Notes under the pieces: model-generated | Told to the model about the DNA's origin: nothing | What the model saw: only the letters and a program-made list of their open reading frames with translations | The model's database searches: none | Translations under genes and position numbers: made by a program | UHGV virus genome: UHGV-0027971 | DNA: 43,269 bases | From: a virus | Strand: one strand, 5' to 3' | In this document: piece by piece, positions 26,512-36,219 of the stretch | How the letters are laid out: each line of letters opens with the position of its first letter | Position numbering within the stretch: the stretch's first letter is position 1

Positions 26512-28187
26512 TGTGATAGCCCACCCTGACCACTAACTGCATTCGCCATAGCTGACAACACACTCGGATCCGAAGTTTTAGCTTCGCTTAGCGTCTTGGC
26601 CCCCTGTGCCGCCGCCATCCCCATCGCCATCATTTGTTGCTGCTGTTGTTGCTGTGCCCGTTGCTGGCGAGCCTGCTCAACCTGTTCCTGCGGAACAATG
26701 ACGGTTGGAGACACTCCGGACATATCAGCGAATGCATCGATCGCCTGATCAACGTTGAGTTTGTCGAGAGCTTCTGGTTTCGCTTGCGCAAGTTGACCAA
26801 TGAAGTTGACCGTAGACGCCAGACTGGACAGGCCGATAGACTTCTGCGCCTGAGCCATGACGGAAATGTATTCGACCTTCAGGGGCATACCTTCCATCGC
26901 GTCAGGCGGTGGCGGCAGCATGTTTTTACGCACCATCATCGAGAAAGCGCGGTCAATGAGAGGATTAAGACATTCGTCGTTCAGACGCTCCAGAACCGGC
27001 CCCAACATCAGAAGTTTTTCTTCTTTCATTTCGATCACCGCTTCAACAGGCATCGAGCGGGTATTGATGTTCTGCAACATCATGAACAGATCGACAAAGT
27101 AGGCGCTGTTAATGATTTGACGAGTGTCCTGAATGTCTGCCACCAAATCTGCTGTACTGGGGTTAACCAGATAAGCAGGCCTGAAACCATCCTGACCAGT
27201 AATCTGATCGATATACGTGATGTCGCCAGGAAGAAGGGAGGCACGCTGATTCTTGAGGGAAGTCGGAGCAACCATCGGCGGATTGGTGGCTTTATCAATC
27301 AACTGCGACTTGCGCTTCTGGAGAAGCTGCAATGCCTTAACAGGTCCAAGCGCCAGCATACCCGGGCATGATGATCCATAAACATCTTCGCCGTTAACTT
27401 CCCAGCGCGGAGCCATAATTGGAAACTCATCGAATCCGGACTCACGCAACAACTTGTCGTTATCGCCACCAACCTCGTAATAAACCGATTTGAATGGCTT
27501 GTTCTTGCTATCCAGCTTCGATGTATCGCGGTCAATGTTCGGGTAAACCGAATGCATCACTTCAATCCACTTCTCGTAGGTGCCGCTTTCCCACATGCTT
27601 TTTACGAATTCGCTGACGTTATTTAGCCCGAACTCCTGAACAAGCTGACGAACAGTCATAGAGAACTTGCGAAAACAGGTGTCCACACTGCCACGAGGTG
27701 AGTTAGCCAGGTAGTAACTGCCTATCGGGAATGGCATTGTGCGAATGATGTCCTCATCATCCTCCAGTACCGCCATTGCGCCGGTGCTGTATGTGCCGAG
27801 GCTTCCGTATAACTGCGGCAGCGACTGATAGAGATTCGACTTATTGAACATATCGTTCATGCGGTTCTGCACCGCCTCGAGCCACAACTTAACAGGACCA
27901 TAATCCATCATTTCAGGATCTGGCGTAGCCAGGCGAAACCACGGACGCGCGGGGCTTGTGATGCCTGACATCATGCCGCTGGCGAGAGTGCGCGCCGCCA
28001 TAGTCCCGGTCGAATCAATAATGCGTGTATTGCGTCGATCGTTACGGTTGACCTCAGAAGTCAGAAAGCGGGAACCACGCGGGTTGATGTAATCACTCAA
28101 CTCGCGCCAGTGCGGCTCGAACGACTGACGCTCGCTTTCAAGTTGTGCGAACTGTTTGTTCAATCGCTCTTTAGTTGTTTCCGCCAT
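26508..28187 (-). CDS. portal (head-to-tail connector) protein
   Basis: 559 aa; position upstream of scaffold and capsid; C-terminal Q-rich tail. Confidence 0.8.
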   Translation of the reverse strand: MAETTKERLNKQFAQLESERQSFEPHWRELSDYINPRGSRFLTSEVNRNDRRNTRIIDSTGTMAARTLASGMMSGITSPARPWFRLATPDPEMMDYGPVKLWLEAVQNRMNDMFNKSNLYQSLPQLYGSLGTYSTGAMAVLEDDEDIIRTMPFPIGSYYLANSPRGSVDTCFRKFSMTVRQLVQEFGLNNVSEFVKSMWESGTYEKWIEVMHSVYPNIDRDTSKLDSKNKPFKSVYYEVGGDNDKLLRESGFDEFPIMAPRWEVNGEDVYGSSCPGMLALGPVKALQLLQKRKSQLIDKATNPPMVAPTSLKNQRASLLPGDITYIDQITGQDGFRPAYLVNPSTADLVADIQDTRQIINSAYFVDLFMMLQNINTRSMPVEAVIEMKEEKLLMLGPVLERLNDECLNPLIDRAFSMMVRKNMLPPPPDAMEGMPLKVEYISVMAQAQKSIGLSSLASTVNFIGQLAQAKPEALDKLNVDQAIDAFADMSGVSPTVIVPQEQVEQARQQRAQQQQQQQMMAMGMAAAQGAKTLSEAKTSDPSVLSAMANAVSGQGGLSQ

Positions 28188-28201
28188 TTCAATGACTCCG
28201 G

Positions 28202-28408
28202 TTACTGACCAAGCAGCGTTTTACCGCTGGTATTAGCGGTTGATGTGTCGCCCTGAGAACCGGTAAGCAGCGTAGAACTACGACCAGCAGCAGCGCGGCG
28301 GCGACGAGTTTCTTCGTCGCGGGCATCAACAACGGCGGCATCCTGCTCCTGTGGTGCTGCCTGAACTTCTGGTGTTGCAGGCACTGATGGTGAGCTACCC
28401 ATGCACAT
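28202..28408 (-). CDS. hypothetical small protein upstream of portal
   Basis: 68-aa ORF with RBS GGAG, ending 14 bp before the portal start; the overlapping 79-aa alternative frame looks less plausible. Confidence 0.35.
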   Translation of the reverse strand: MCMGSSPSVPATPEVQAAPQEQDAAVVDARDEETRRRRAAAGRSSTLLTGSQGDTSTANTSGKTLLGQ

Positions 28409-28835
28409 ATCAATGACTCCGTACGCAATTAAATTATTACCAATTTAACCACATATGTTTTATTTATCGTAGGCAGTTGACATTTAACGCACGAATTATT
28501 ACCTTTAAGGTAACCAAAGAGCTCATTCCGGTTACTAACCTGACTGGCTTGTCGTTAAATTGAACAGGTGGAGTGAGCTTTTATTTTGAGCAGTACGGCG
28601 TATGGCACATGCGCCGATAGCGGTCTGGATACGTTTAAGGGGCACCCTCCCTTGCTCGGGCAAACGAACCAGGTAGCCGGAATGTGCAAGTCGAGCGGTT
28701 TTATTCCGCGCACGGGGATTCACCATCCCGGCGATTCGGTGTGACGCCTCGGAAGAGACGAGGGTACAACGATGAGAGCATTTATGGAGCCGCGACAAAG
28801 TGTGGCGCCTTAACAGGCTAAGTGCTCTCAGCGTT

Positions 28836-28912
28836 GTGGCATTAGCTCAGTTGGACAGAGCAACCGCCTTCTAAGCGGTTGGTCGCAGGTTCGAATCCTG
28901 CATGCCACGCCA
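28836..28912 (+). tRNA. tRNA-Arg (anticodon UCU)
   Basis: Cloverleaf by eye: acceptor GTGGCAT/ATGCCAC, D-arm TAGCTCAGTTGGACAGAGCA, anticodon stem ACCGC/GCGGT with loop CTTCTAA, T-arm GCAGGTTCGAATCCTGC, discriminator G and CCA. Confidence 0.85.
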
Positions 28913-29111
28913 GAATCACGCCTAAGGACCGTGATGCCAGAAGTTCCAGGTGCTTGGCGGTGATGGTTTCCCTTGAAGGACTATCACCGCCCTTTTTACA
29001 GCAGGACGCCATTGCGATGACTTCATGCTGTAAACCAGTACAGCCACGGAAGGCATAACTCATTGCTTCCAGTTCGCCCGGTTCGCCGGGCATTTTTTTA
29101 AGGTAAAAATC

Positions 29112-29531
29112 ATGAGTGAATGTATTGAATGGCAAAAATATAGAAGTAAAGACGGATACGGAATCCTGAGCTACAAGGGGAAAGTGGTTAAGGCGCATCG
29201 GTTGGCATATTGTCAAGCCAATGGGTTAGAGTTGAAAGACATTGCTGGCCTTGTTGTAAGACATAAATGTGATAATCCCGCTTGCATTAACCCAGAACAC
29301 CTGGAAACTGGCACGCAGAGAGATAATAACCGAGACCGAGCCAAACGAAACAGATCTGCCCATTTGGCGGGCGAAAAGAATGGCAGGGCAAAATTAACAA
29401 AAGAGCAGGTGGATGAAATTCGCCGTCGCTACGTTTGGGGTTCAAGGGACAACAACACCGTAACTCTAGCCAGAGAGTTCGGTGTTTGTCAGGCTCACGT
29501 TAGTGAAATAGTTAGAAATATAGTTTGGTGA
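29112..29531 (+). CDS. HNH endonuclease
   Basis: 139 aa; HNH-type motif GYGILSYKGKVVKAHRLAY...RHKCDNPACINPEHLETGTQRDN; lone plus-strand gene between the tRNA and the large terminase gene. Confidence 0.8.
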   Translation: MSECIEWQKYRSKDGYGILSYKGKVVKAHRLAYCQANGLELKDIAGLVVRHKCDNPACINPEHLETGTQRDNNRDRAKRNRSAHLAGEKNGRAKLTKEQVDEIRRRYVWGSRDNNTVTLAREFGVCQAHVSEIVRNIVW

Positions 29532-31007
29532 CTATTCATACGGATTATATTCTGTCAGCGCCTTCCCCTGCTGGCTTTGCTGTCCTGGTATATTTATGCG
29601 TTTCGAGACCGGGAACGCAAACGTCAGCAGTAGCGCATCGCCTTTACCAGGAGAACGCCCAAGCCGCTCCTTGATATCTTCCTTCGGTTCGATAACGATT
29701 TTACCGTCCACTCGAACTTTGTACTCTGCCGCCGACAGATCGTCCGCTGTTTCCTGGTCATCCAGCATCCCGCCCAACCTCAGCCATGTCTTGCATGAGT
29801 TGAACATCTCCCCACGCTTGTTAAGCATCTGCGGGTCAGTGGACGCACCGCCGAACGGAACAAGTTGCCATGTACGCCCCCAGCCATCACCGATTGACTT
29901 CAAACCGGTTCCGTAACCGAAGTCGATGAACACCGCGTCAGCCTGATACTGGTCTTCAAAGTCAGCGATACGCTTCGCCATTATCAGATCGTCAGTGGTC
30001 TTGTTGCCAGTCCACAGCACCTTACTGTGCAGCCCCTGCCGCAGGTATATCACAGCGTCATCAACGCCGGAGTATGCCGGGTCAACGCCGATTATCACCG
30101 GAGCATGTGCAACCTGCGCAGCGGTTACCACCCGTTTCATTGCCTCGTCAGTAAGACCGGTAGGGATAAACTGCAATTCAGATGCATCAGGGAATATGCC
30201 ACGCACACGGATTTTAACGAAGTCGCTGTCTTCCCCGTAGTCATCAACCCATTTCTGCAACTGCTGTTTGTTAGTGCCTTCCACCGTCCGACTGTCAATC
30301 TGCGCAGTTTTCCAGCGGTGTTTATACTTGCGGAAACATTCACGGAAACGTCCGGTATTACGCGTCGGGTTTCCGAACGCCACCCAGATAATCTCAGTGT
30401 CTTCGTCCGTAAGCGCACCCTCAGCAACTTCCCACACCAGATCCGCAATGTTCGACGCTTCATCGAATACCACGATGATGCGTTTGCGCTCGTTGTGTAG
30501 TCCGGCGAATGCCTCAGTGTTGTGCTCAGACCAGGGGATTGCGTCAGCTCGCCACCGCTTGTCGTGCCAAGGATCATTGCTGTACATCGCAGTAGCGGTA
30601 CAGGTAAACCAGTCTTTCGTGATAGCAAGGTTCGACCACTTGATAATTTCCGGCCAGGTCTTCGTTCGTAGCTGGTTGTCGGTGTTGGCGGTCACCACGA
30701 CCTTACAATCCTCGCAAGTGGACATGCCCCAGTTGATCAGCATTGAGATGAATGCGGATTTACCAATACCGTGACCAGAAGCACGTGCCAGCATAAGCGG
30801 CTGATATCGCGTCTCTGGATTCTGCAGGTGATCACGTATCTCTCGGAACGCATCAGCCTGCCACTGACGTGGGCCGGTGGCATGTGCCAGTTCAGTCCCC
30901 TCTTCCCCCCATGGGAACGCATAGAGGGCATAGCCAAGCGGATCGTGAGTGAACCCTGCAATATCCTCGATTAACTGCTCTTCAGGAGATAACGCTGTAT
31001 CTGTCAC
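29532..31007 (-). CDS. terminase large subunit
   Basis: 491 aa; Walker A-like SGHGIGKS, nuclease-domain acidic motifs; follows the small subunit. Confidence 0.85.
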   Translation of the reverse strand: MTDTALSPEEQLIEDIAGFTHDPLGYALYAFPWGEEGTELAHATGPRQWQADAFREIRDHLQNPETRYQPLMLARASGHGIGKSAFISMLINWGMSTCEDCKVVVTANTDNQLRTKTWPEIIKWSNLAITKDWFTCTATAMYSNDPWHDKRWRADAIPWSEHNTEAFAGLHNERKRIIVVFDEASNIADLVWEVAEGALTDEDTEIIWVAFGNPTRNTGRFRECFRKYKHRWKTAQIDSRTVEGTNKQQLQKWVDDYGEDSDFVKIRVRGIFPDASELQFIPTGLTDEAMKRVVTAAQVAHAPVIIGVDPAYSGVDDAVIYLRQGLHSKVLWTGNKTTDDLIMAKRIADFEDQYQADAVFIDFGYGTGLKSIGDGWGRTWQLVPFGGASTDPQMLNKRGEMFNSCKTWLRLGGMLDDQETADDLSAAEYKVRVDGKIVIEPKEDIKERLGRSPGKGDALLLTFAFPVSKRINIPGQQSQQGKALTEYNPYE

Positions 31008-31600
31008 TGATTGCCATCCTGACGTTCTTTCAGTCTCTTCCTGGCTGCCGCTATGCGATCAGCAATTGTCACATTCACATTAACATCCAGGCGTTCTTTG
31101 AATGCGTTGACGTCGACGTGCTTACCAATCAGTTCGAGGTTCTTCACCTTGTCAGGCCATTTAATTTTTTTGAGGATTGTCTCTATCGAATCCTCGTTCA
31201 TGTTCATGATGGTCGATGACAGATCAAAGCCACTAAGCGTAGTGCGCCAGATTTTCGGCCACTCGCGGATTGGCTTAAGGCTCCCATCGTCGTTGAGGAT
31301 GTCGATCACGTCCATCTGGTCGATCTCCACCAGGCGCATGAGAACGTAATCAGCACTGACGCGCATTCGTTTGTTGCGCTCCTCCATCAACTCAGCAATC
31401 CGTTTTTGAATGCGTTCATCGCGCATCATGACACTGGCTTTAACTGCCGCTGTATTTGGGGAGAATCCTGCGTTAATCGCTGCCTGAGTCTGGTTTTCAG
31501 GCGTTTTGATGTATGACTGGCAATAAGCCTCCTGCATTGCTGTGAGCGGCTTAAATTGCGTTGATTTGCGTTTATAGGTTTTAGGTTCAGCAGGCATCAT
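31004..31600 (-). CDS. terminase small subunit (start uncertain)
   Basis: Motif LTAMQEAYCQSYIK..NQTQAAINAGFSP typical of small terminase N-terminal HTH; the track ORF extends to 31678 with a forced TTG start, internal ATG at 31600 preferred. Confidence 0.55.
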   Translation of the reverse strand: MMPAEPKTYKRKSTQFKPLTAMQEAYCQSYIKTPENQTQAAINAGFSPNTAAVKASVMMRDERIQKRIAELMEERNKRMRVSADYVLMRLVEIDQMDVIDILNDDGSLKPIREWPKIWRTTLSGFDLSSTIMNMNEDSIETILKKIKWPDKVKNLELIGKHVDVNAFKERLDVNVNVTIADRIAAARKRLKERQDGNQ

Positions 31601-31674
31601 AACCACCGTGGTAATAGTTACCGTTGTGGTAATAGTACCATGCAAAATAAAGCCGCCATAGTTGGCGGCAGTAT

Positions 31675-31908
31675 TCAAAGTCCATCAAATTCATCGTAAA
31701 AACTCTCGTCAAGATACCCTTCCCATTTACCGCGAATGAAAATTACATCCTCGCCGCAAGAGTGCTGACTGTCGATAACTATATCCCTCCTGGCGCAACC
31801 ATACTTATGCATGAGAAATTTAACCTCTTTCGGAAAATTTGCTGAGTTATCTCTCATATCTTCAAGGTCGTAGCGTATTTTTGGCATAACACCTTCGTGA
31901 CATGTCAC
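31675..31908 (-). CDS. hypothetical small protein
   Basis: 77-aa ORF upstream of the terminase genes. Confidence 0.4.
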   Translation of the reverse strand: MTCHEGVMPKIRYDLEDMRDNSANFPKEVKFLMHKYGCARRDIVIDSQHSCGEDVIFIRGKWEGYLDESFYDEFDGL

Positions 31909-32252
31909 ACTATTAATTTCGTTTCATGCCAGCCTTTGGTCACCCAGCATTGCGAGTCACCATTACACGGGCATGAATTCACAGGAACTCTCTCGCCGCA
32001 CTTACCGCAACGTTTTCTGCTGATCGATTTTATACGCCCGCGCACACGTGCATCATCCTGGCGGATCAGCAGCGCGATGTACTCGGCCATTTCATAGGGA
32101 TCGCGACCAGGGCGCCGGGCGGCGCAGTTCCGCGCTAGCATTTCCTGCTCCTGCTTATCCAGCACCAGTTCAATTTTGCGCTCACCGGCGGCGGACTGCC
32201 GCGCGCGCTGCGCGGCTTTGCGTTCTGCGGGGGATTTAGCCACGAATCGCAC
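31905..32252 (-). CDS. hypothetical protein with Cys-rich C-terminus
   Basis: 115 aa; CGKCGERVPVNSCPCNGDSQC cluster. Confidence 0.4.
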   Translation of the reverse strand: MRFVAKSPAERKAAQRARQSAAGERKIELVLDKQEQEMLARNCAARRPGRDPYEMAEYIALLIRQDDARVRGRIKSISRKRCGKCGERVPVNSCPCNGDSQCWVTKGWHETKLIV

Positions 32253-32357
32253 TCCACGCCAGATTGATTAATGACTCCCAGGCAATATAAACCCGGATAC
32301 CAGCAGCCAGGCCGAAGCCAATCACCATGGCATAAAGCAGAGCATTGCACTTGGTCA

Positions 32358-32885
32358 TCACCTCACCTCCTGCGGCGCTGCTGGCAGCGGCATCCAGTGG
32401 GTTACTTTCGATGCCGGTTCTTCCCCATTGTCAGTAACTGCCCACCATTTGTTTCTCGAACAATCGTAATACCCTTCGAAGGTATCGCACTCAGTCCAGC
32501 CGTAAGACTTACCCCAACACCAAACATACTGTTTATCGTTCGGCATTCGCTCACTACAGCTTATCCAACCATCCGGAGTTACCGGAGTTGGTCCATCGAA
32601 TTCGGGCATGTCAGGACCTTTTCTGATAGCTTTTGCCAGCTCGATAGGGTCATCGTAAAGCCAGTCTCCGGTTTCAGGGTGGTTGGCTTCCGCCAGTTTG
32701 GCGGCCCACTCCAGACCGTCTTTGTGTCCCTGTAGGTAGTCGATAGGCAAACACTCAGACTCGCTGTCCATTGCGGCCAGAGCCATGCGGGCTAGTTCCT
32801 GCACCTCTTCGTGCGTACACTTCACCCATGCGCCAGGATTTGCTATCTGAGCTATTCGCTCTCTGGTTATGGTTGATTTGGTCAT
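32358..32885 (-). CDS. hypothetical phage protein (DUF551-like C-terminal domain)
   Basis: 175 aa; W/C-rich C-terminal domain ending VTHWMPLPAAP, as in DUF551-type phage proteins (recognised by eye). Confidence 0.5.
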   Translation of the reverse strand: MTKSTITRERIAQIANPGAWVKCTHEEVQELARMALAAMDSESECLPIDYLQGHKDGLEWAAKLAEANHPETGDWLYDDPIELAKAIRKGPDMPEFDGPTPVTPDGWISCSERMPNDKQYVWCWGKSYGWTECDTFEGYYDCSRNKWWAVTDNGEEPASKVTHWMPLPAAPQEVR

Positions 32886-33382
32886 TTGTCGGCCCCATCG
32901 CGCAGCTGCTGGGCGAATAATCTTGCTTGCTTAGCCGTGTATTTCAGCGTCTCAGAAGACTCCCCGTGATCGTAAAACTCCTCTTCATCACCAACTTTTT
33001 CTGTCATCGCTGCAAACTCTTCCACCCCATCAGCCTTAATCCCGACTACGAAGCGATCTGTGGCGGGGGTTTCTACTGCTGTCAAATTAGCCCGGTGGTC
33101 ATTCCATCCGCGCGCATATATCGGGTTTATAGACATGCCGTCCTTCACGCAATACCGCTGTCCACCACGATTGATAACTTCAATTTCTTCCGCAACGGCT
33201 GCCTTCAGCGCCGCATTCTCCGCTGCCAGCGCATTAGCACGCACCAGTTGCACTTCCAGTTGCGTTGCCAAATCGCTGATCAGCTTTGCCACACTGCGCA
33301 TATCAACGGCACCACATTCTGCTTTCAGTTCCGAAGCCATCTCATGCCCGGCGGAAACTAACCCTTTGATATTACTTTCCAT
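32882..33382 (-). CDS. hypothetical phage protein
   Basis: 166-aa ORF overlapping the downstream start. Confidence 0.45.
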   Translation of the reverse strand: MESNIKGLVSAGHEMASELKAECGAVDMRSVAKLISDLATQLEVQLVRANALAAENAALKAAVAEEIEVINRGGQRYCVKDGMSINPIYARGWNDHRANLTAVETPATDRFVVGIKADGVEEFAAMTEKVGDEEEFYDHGESSETLKYTAKQARLFAQQLRDGADK

Positions 33383-33443
33383 CTTTACCCTCGCTTATCC
33401 ACATAACTTATTGATTACATTGATAACTAAAAAGATCGTCGAT

Positions 33444-33791
33444 TCAGAACTCTTCGATGTTCCAGCCACCACCTGCTTTCTTTGGTTTAACCGTTACCCC
33501 GATGATTCGGAACGGATACTGATCTGCGGCGACTTTGGTTTTCACTCTGGCGTCATCGGTCCAGAATCCCCCTTTCACTTCGTGCAGTTCCATCTCGCCG
33601 GTGGCGAGCATCACAGCAAAATCGGGCGTATAGAACGTGTTGTCAGCTAACCGCAGCTTGATACCCTCGAATCGATACCAGGCGATTTCCCCTGCACGTT
33701 TACGCTGCTCAAGGTGCTGGCAATACGCAGATTCTGTTTTGTTCATCTGGCCTGTTTTGAGCCGACCAAGAGCCTGTATCTGTTTTCTCAT
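33444..33791 (-). CDS. putative PD-(D/E)xK-type nuclease (VRR-NUC-like)
   Basis: 115 aa; motif YTPDF...ELHEVKG consistent with a D..E.K nuclease core; immediately preceded by TTACC-N5-GGTAA sites at 33795 and 33856. Confidence 0.5.
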   Translation of the reverse strand: MRKQIQALGRLKTGQMNKTESAYCQHLEQRKRAGEIAWYRFEGIKLRLADNTFYTPDFAVMLATGEMELHEVKGGFWTDDARVKTKVAADQYPFRIIGVTVKPKKAGGGWNIEEF

Positions 33792-33908
33792 GATTTACCC
33801 CTTAGGTAATTAAAAACCACATAAGACATGAAATCAATAGATGCTAGAACATTTTATTACCCATCAGGTAATCATGTGGACGTAAAAAAATGCGCTATCG
33901 CGCTGGTA

Positions 33909-34691
33909 TTACTTGATAAATCCTGCCGCCTTTCCCCGCCTGTATTCCTCCATCAGCCACTGCGCCGGTGTTATTCCCCCAAGGGTGGCGGCGTTAGGCA
34001 TGCACCCGAAACTTCGCCCTGGTGGATGGTAAACGTCTCTCCCTGTGTCCGGAGGTGTACTCATGGGTTCTGGCTTTGCCTGTATGCTGATCACCGGATC
34101 GGGTATCTGCTGTCCGGAAGCCACCTTTTTCGCCCAATCATCGAGCAGCCTGCGCGCGTGTTTCTCAACCTCAATCTCGCTAAGCTGGCGCTGATACATT
34201 GCACGGCGGGTATCACATACGACCCAGTACATAACCGGATGTCGCCACGGGAATCTTTCGGGACCACCAGGATATAAACTTTTTTCCTTGCTGTACCGGT
34301 GAAACTCCGCCATCACATCGTCAATGGTGACGCCAAGAACCATCTTGCTGTCTTTACACCACTTGATAAATTGCCCTGGCGACGGCCAGAACGGAGATTC
34401 ACTGGCGCGGGCGTGGCGCATACCAGCGTTAACCTGTTCCATTGTTGTGATCCCATTCTCCAGAAACGCAAGCATCCATTGTTTTCGAAATTCGTTTAGC
34501 TTTCCTTGCTCGCTGATAGCAGCGATGCTGCCTGGAAATGCAGCCTGTAACTGGACAAACATTTCGTTGAAAATTCTTGCAACCTGCTCCTTCTTTGCCC
34601 TTTCATCGTCAGCAGAAGCAACCGCCGTCGAGTGGTCATGCCCACCACGAAAGCGATCGTACTCATTAAGAAGTTCTGGAGTTGATTTCAT
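33909..34691 (-). CDS. replication protein P-like (helicase loader)
   Basis: Strong resemblance to lambda P as I recall it (WMLAFLENGITTMEQVNAGMRHA..PSPGQFIKWC vs lambda WVLAFRENGITTMEQVNAGMRVA..PSPGQFVAWC); start taken at MKSTPELL. Confidence 0.8.
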   Translation of the reverse strand: MKSTPELLNEYDRFRGGHDHSTAVASADDERAKKEQVARIFNEMFVQLQAAFPGSIAAISEQGKLNEFRKQWMLAFLENGITTMEQVNAGMRHARASESPFWPSPGQFIKWCKDSKMVLGVTIDDVMAEFHRYSKEKSLYPGGPERFPWRHPVMYWVVCDTRRAMYQRQLSEIEVEKHARRLLDDWAKKVASGQQIPDPVISIQAKPEPMSTPPDTGRDVYHPPGRSFGCMPNAATLGGITPAQWLMEEYRRGKAAGFIK

Positions 34692-35511
34692 CCCACACCT
34701 CATCTATCCAGTCAGTGTTATTCCAGTCAAGCTCATCGCTTTTCCCGGCATTTTTTGATTTTCCCCTGATATGATTTACGTGCCTGGCGAATTTTTGTTC
34801 CCACTGAACCTGCGTGAACACTTTGCCCTCAGCCATCCAGTAATCCCGGAATGCAGCAAGTTCAGCAGGTGTAAATTCCGGTTCCGGCAGGGCCGTTCCC
34901 CACAGCGCAGCACGCCGCCGAAAATCTGGCGACGGTAGCCAGCCATCTGTCATCGGAAATTTCCCGATGGGTTCACTCAGGCCATCCAGAAATTCAGGTT
35001 CTGCCACCTGCAACGGCGTACTGTTCGCTTCACTGGTCGGAGCACCCTCGCGCACGTGCGCTATGTGTGGGGTTTTATATATATCTTCCTCTTCCTCTTC
35101 CTCTGGTAACTCCTTTTGTAACGCTGTTGGCGTTACTTTTTGCGTTACTCGTTTTCGATGCTCTGCCACTCTTCTATTCGTAAGTGCACGTTTTTTCGAT
35201 GATTCTCCATTGTGTCGCTCAAAGTTTGGAAGAATTAGTTTGCCGTCATGATAAGCAAGCCATCCGACGCTAATGAGGGCGTCAGCAAATCCTGTAATAA
35301 AAGCGAGTCTATCAAGTACTCCTTTTGTAACGCTGCCAGCGTTACCGTCTATTGTTTGCTGGTCAGCCCATGCCCATATACGAACCAGCTTTCCAAGAAC
35401 AGCATCTGGATCAATACCCAGAATTTCTGCTATCTGAAAAATTTCAGGTTTATCAGGAGTGATAACTTCAACCTTAATCCAGCTGCTTGCCATAGGTTTC
35501 CCCTCTTGCAC
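34666..35511 (-). CDS. replication initiator (lambda O-like position)
   Basis: 281 aa, directly upstream of and overlapping the P-like gene; acidic linker EEEEEED; C-terminal DWNNTDWIDEVWDEI reminiscent of the lambda O C-terminus. Confidence 0.6.
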   Translation of the reverse strand: MQEGKPMASSWIKVEVITPDKPEIFQIAEILGIDPDAVLGKLVRIWAWADQQTIDGNAGSVTKGVLDRLAFITGFADALISVGWLAYHDGKLILPNFERHNGESSKKRALTNRRVAEHRKRVTQKVTPTALQKELPEEEEEEDIYKTPHIAHVREGAPTSEANSTPLQVAEPEFLDGLSEPIGKFPMTDGWLPSPDFRRRAALWGTALPEPEFTPAELAAFRDYWMAEGKVFTQVQWEQKFARHVNHIRGKSKNAGKSDELDWNNTDWIDEVWDEINSRTS

Positions 35512-35686
35512 TCTTTAGTGCACAAGCAAATTCATTACGATGGCGGTTGGCGCTATTCATTGCACATTCAACACATGTTCCGTTCAGAACATACCTTTCA
35601 GAGAGATGGCCGTGACGGCACCGCTTTCCTGTGAAATAGCGATTTAACCCGGCTTTTGCGGCCTCCATTCTGGTTACTATCTTCAA
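35474..35686 (-). CDS. hypothetical small Cys/His-containing protein between cro-like and O-like genes
   Basis: 70-aa ORF from TTG preceded by SD AAGGGG; motif CRHGH..CVEC; overlaps the O-like start. Confidence 0.35.
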   Translation of the reverse strand: MKIVTRMEAAKAGLNRYFTGKRCRHGHLSERYVLNGTCVECAMNSANRHRNEFACALKSARGETYGKQLD

Positions 35687-35787
35687 TTTTTCCGCCCCTT
35701 TTTGTTATTGATATTGGCTATTTTGCACAATTGGAAAATTTGATCAACCAGATTTGGTTTTTTATTACCTTTGAGGTACGAATAGAT

Positions 35788-35812
35788 ATGAAAAGACCGC
35801 CGGATGGCGGTC
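35788..35812 (-). terminator. tR1-like terminator immediately after the cro-like gene
   Basis: GACCGCC-ggat-GGCGGTC hairpin followed on the minus strand by TTTTCAT; a TTACCTTTGAGGTAC site follows at 35765..35779. Confidence 0.55.
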
Positions 35813-35834
35813 TACAGAGGGTTGTGGCTGGATA

Positions 35835-36065
35835 TCATGAGTAGAAGAAGTATGCCAGTTCTGCTTTTGAGCGCAGCCATTGTCTTGTTTTACAGGCTTT
35901 AAAAAGCCCATTCATCAATACCTTACCTGGCATTTTGCGCTTACCTGTTAAGTGAGTCTGGATATAGTGACTCGTCGTTCCGGCTTCCTGTGCGAAGGCT
36001 TCACGCTCATCCGGAGTAAGTGCAAGCCAGTGCTTTTTGAAATCGAAATGTCCGTTATCGCTCAT
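35835..36065 (-). CDS. Cro-like small regulator (first gene of the minus-strand early operon)
   Basis: 76 aa, divergent from the repressor gene and followed by the replication genes; assignment by position and size. Confidence 0.5.
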   Translation of the reverse strand: MSDNGHFDFKKHWLALTPDEREAFAQEAGTTSHYIQTHLTGKRKMPGKVLMNGLFKACKTRQWLRSKAELAYFFYS

Positions 36066-36101
36066 AGCTATTGCCTGATATTTATTTCAGATAATAAATA
36101 T

Positions 36102-36164
36102 TCACCCATAAGGTAACAAAAATCAAGGATAGTTACCTATGAGGTGCATTTACCTGATGGGTAA
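36102..36164. promoter_or_regulatory. operator cluster of the immunity switch (three TTACC-N5-GGTAA-type sites)
   Basis: TCACCCATAAGGTAA (36102..36116), TTACCTATGAGGTGC (36133..36147), TTACCTGATGGGTAA (36150..36164) in the 154-bp gap between divergent regulator genes. Confidence 0.65.
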
Positions 36165-36219
36165 TATTGCTTTAAATTGAATCATCTACTGATTCATATA
36201 TGAGGCGATTTTCCAGAAA

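Noticed and set aside
28560-28830. Second tRNA or tmRNA-like gene upstream of tRNA-Arg
   Set aside because: Could not fold a cloverleaf; the candidate T-loop GGGATTCACCATCCC does not fit the T-loop consensus. Left as uncharacterised GC-rich non-coding DNA.
28842-29216. 124-aa minus-strand ORF
   Set aside because: Overlaps the tRNA-Arg gene and the HNH gene start; most likely a spurious frame.
32135-32350. 71-aa minus-strand ORF
   Set aside because: Largely overlaps 31905..32252 in another frame with a Cys/Trp-rich odd composition; likely spurious, though a small membrane protein cannot be excluded.
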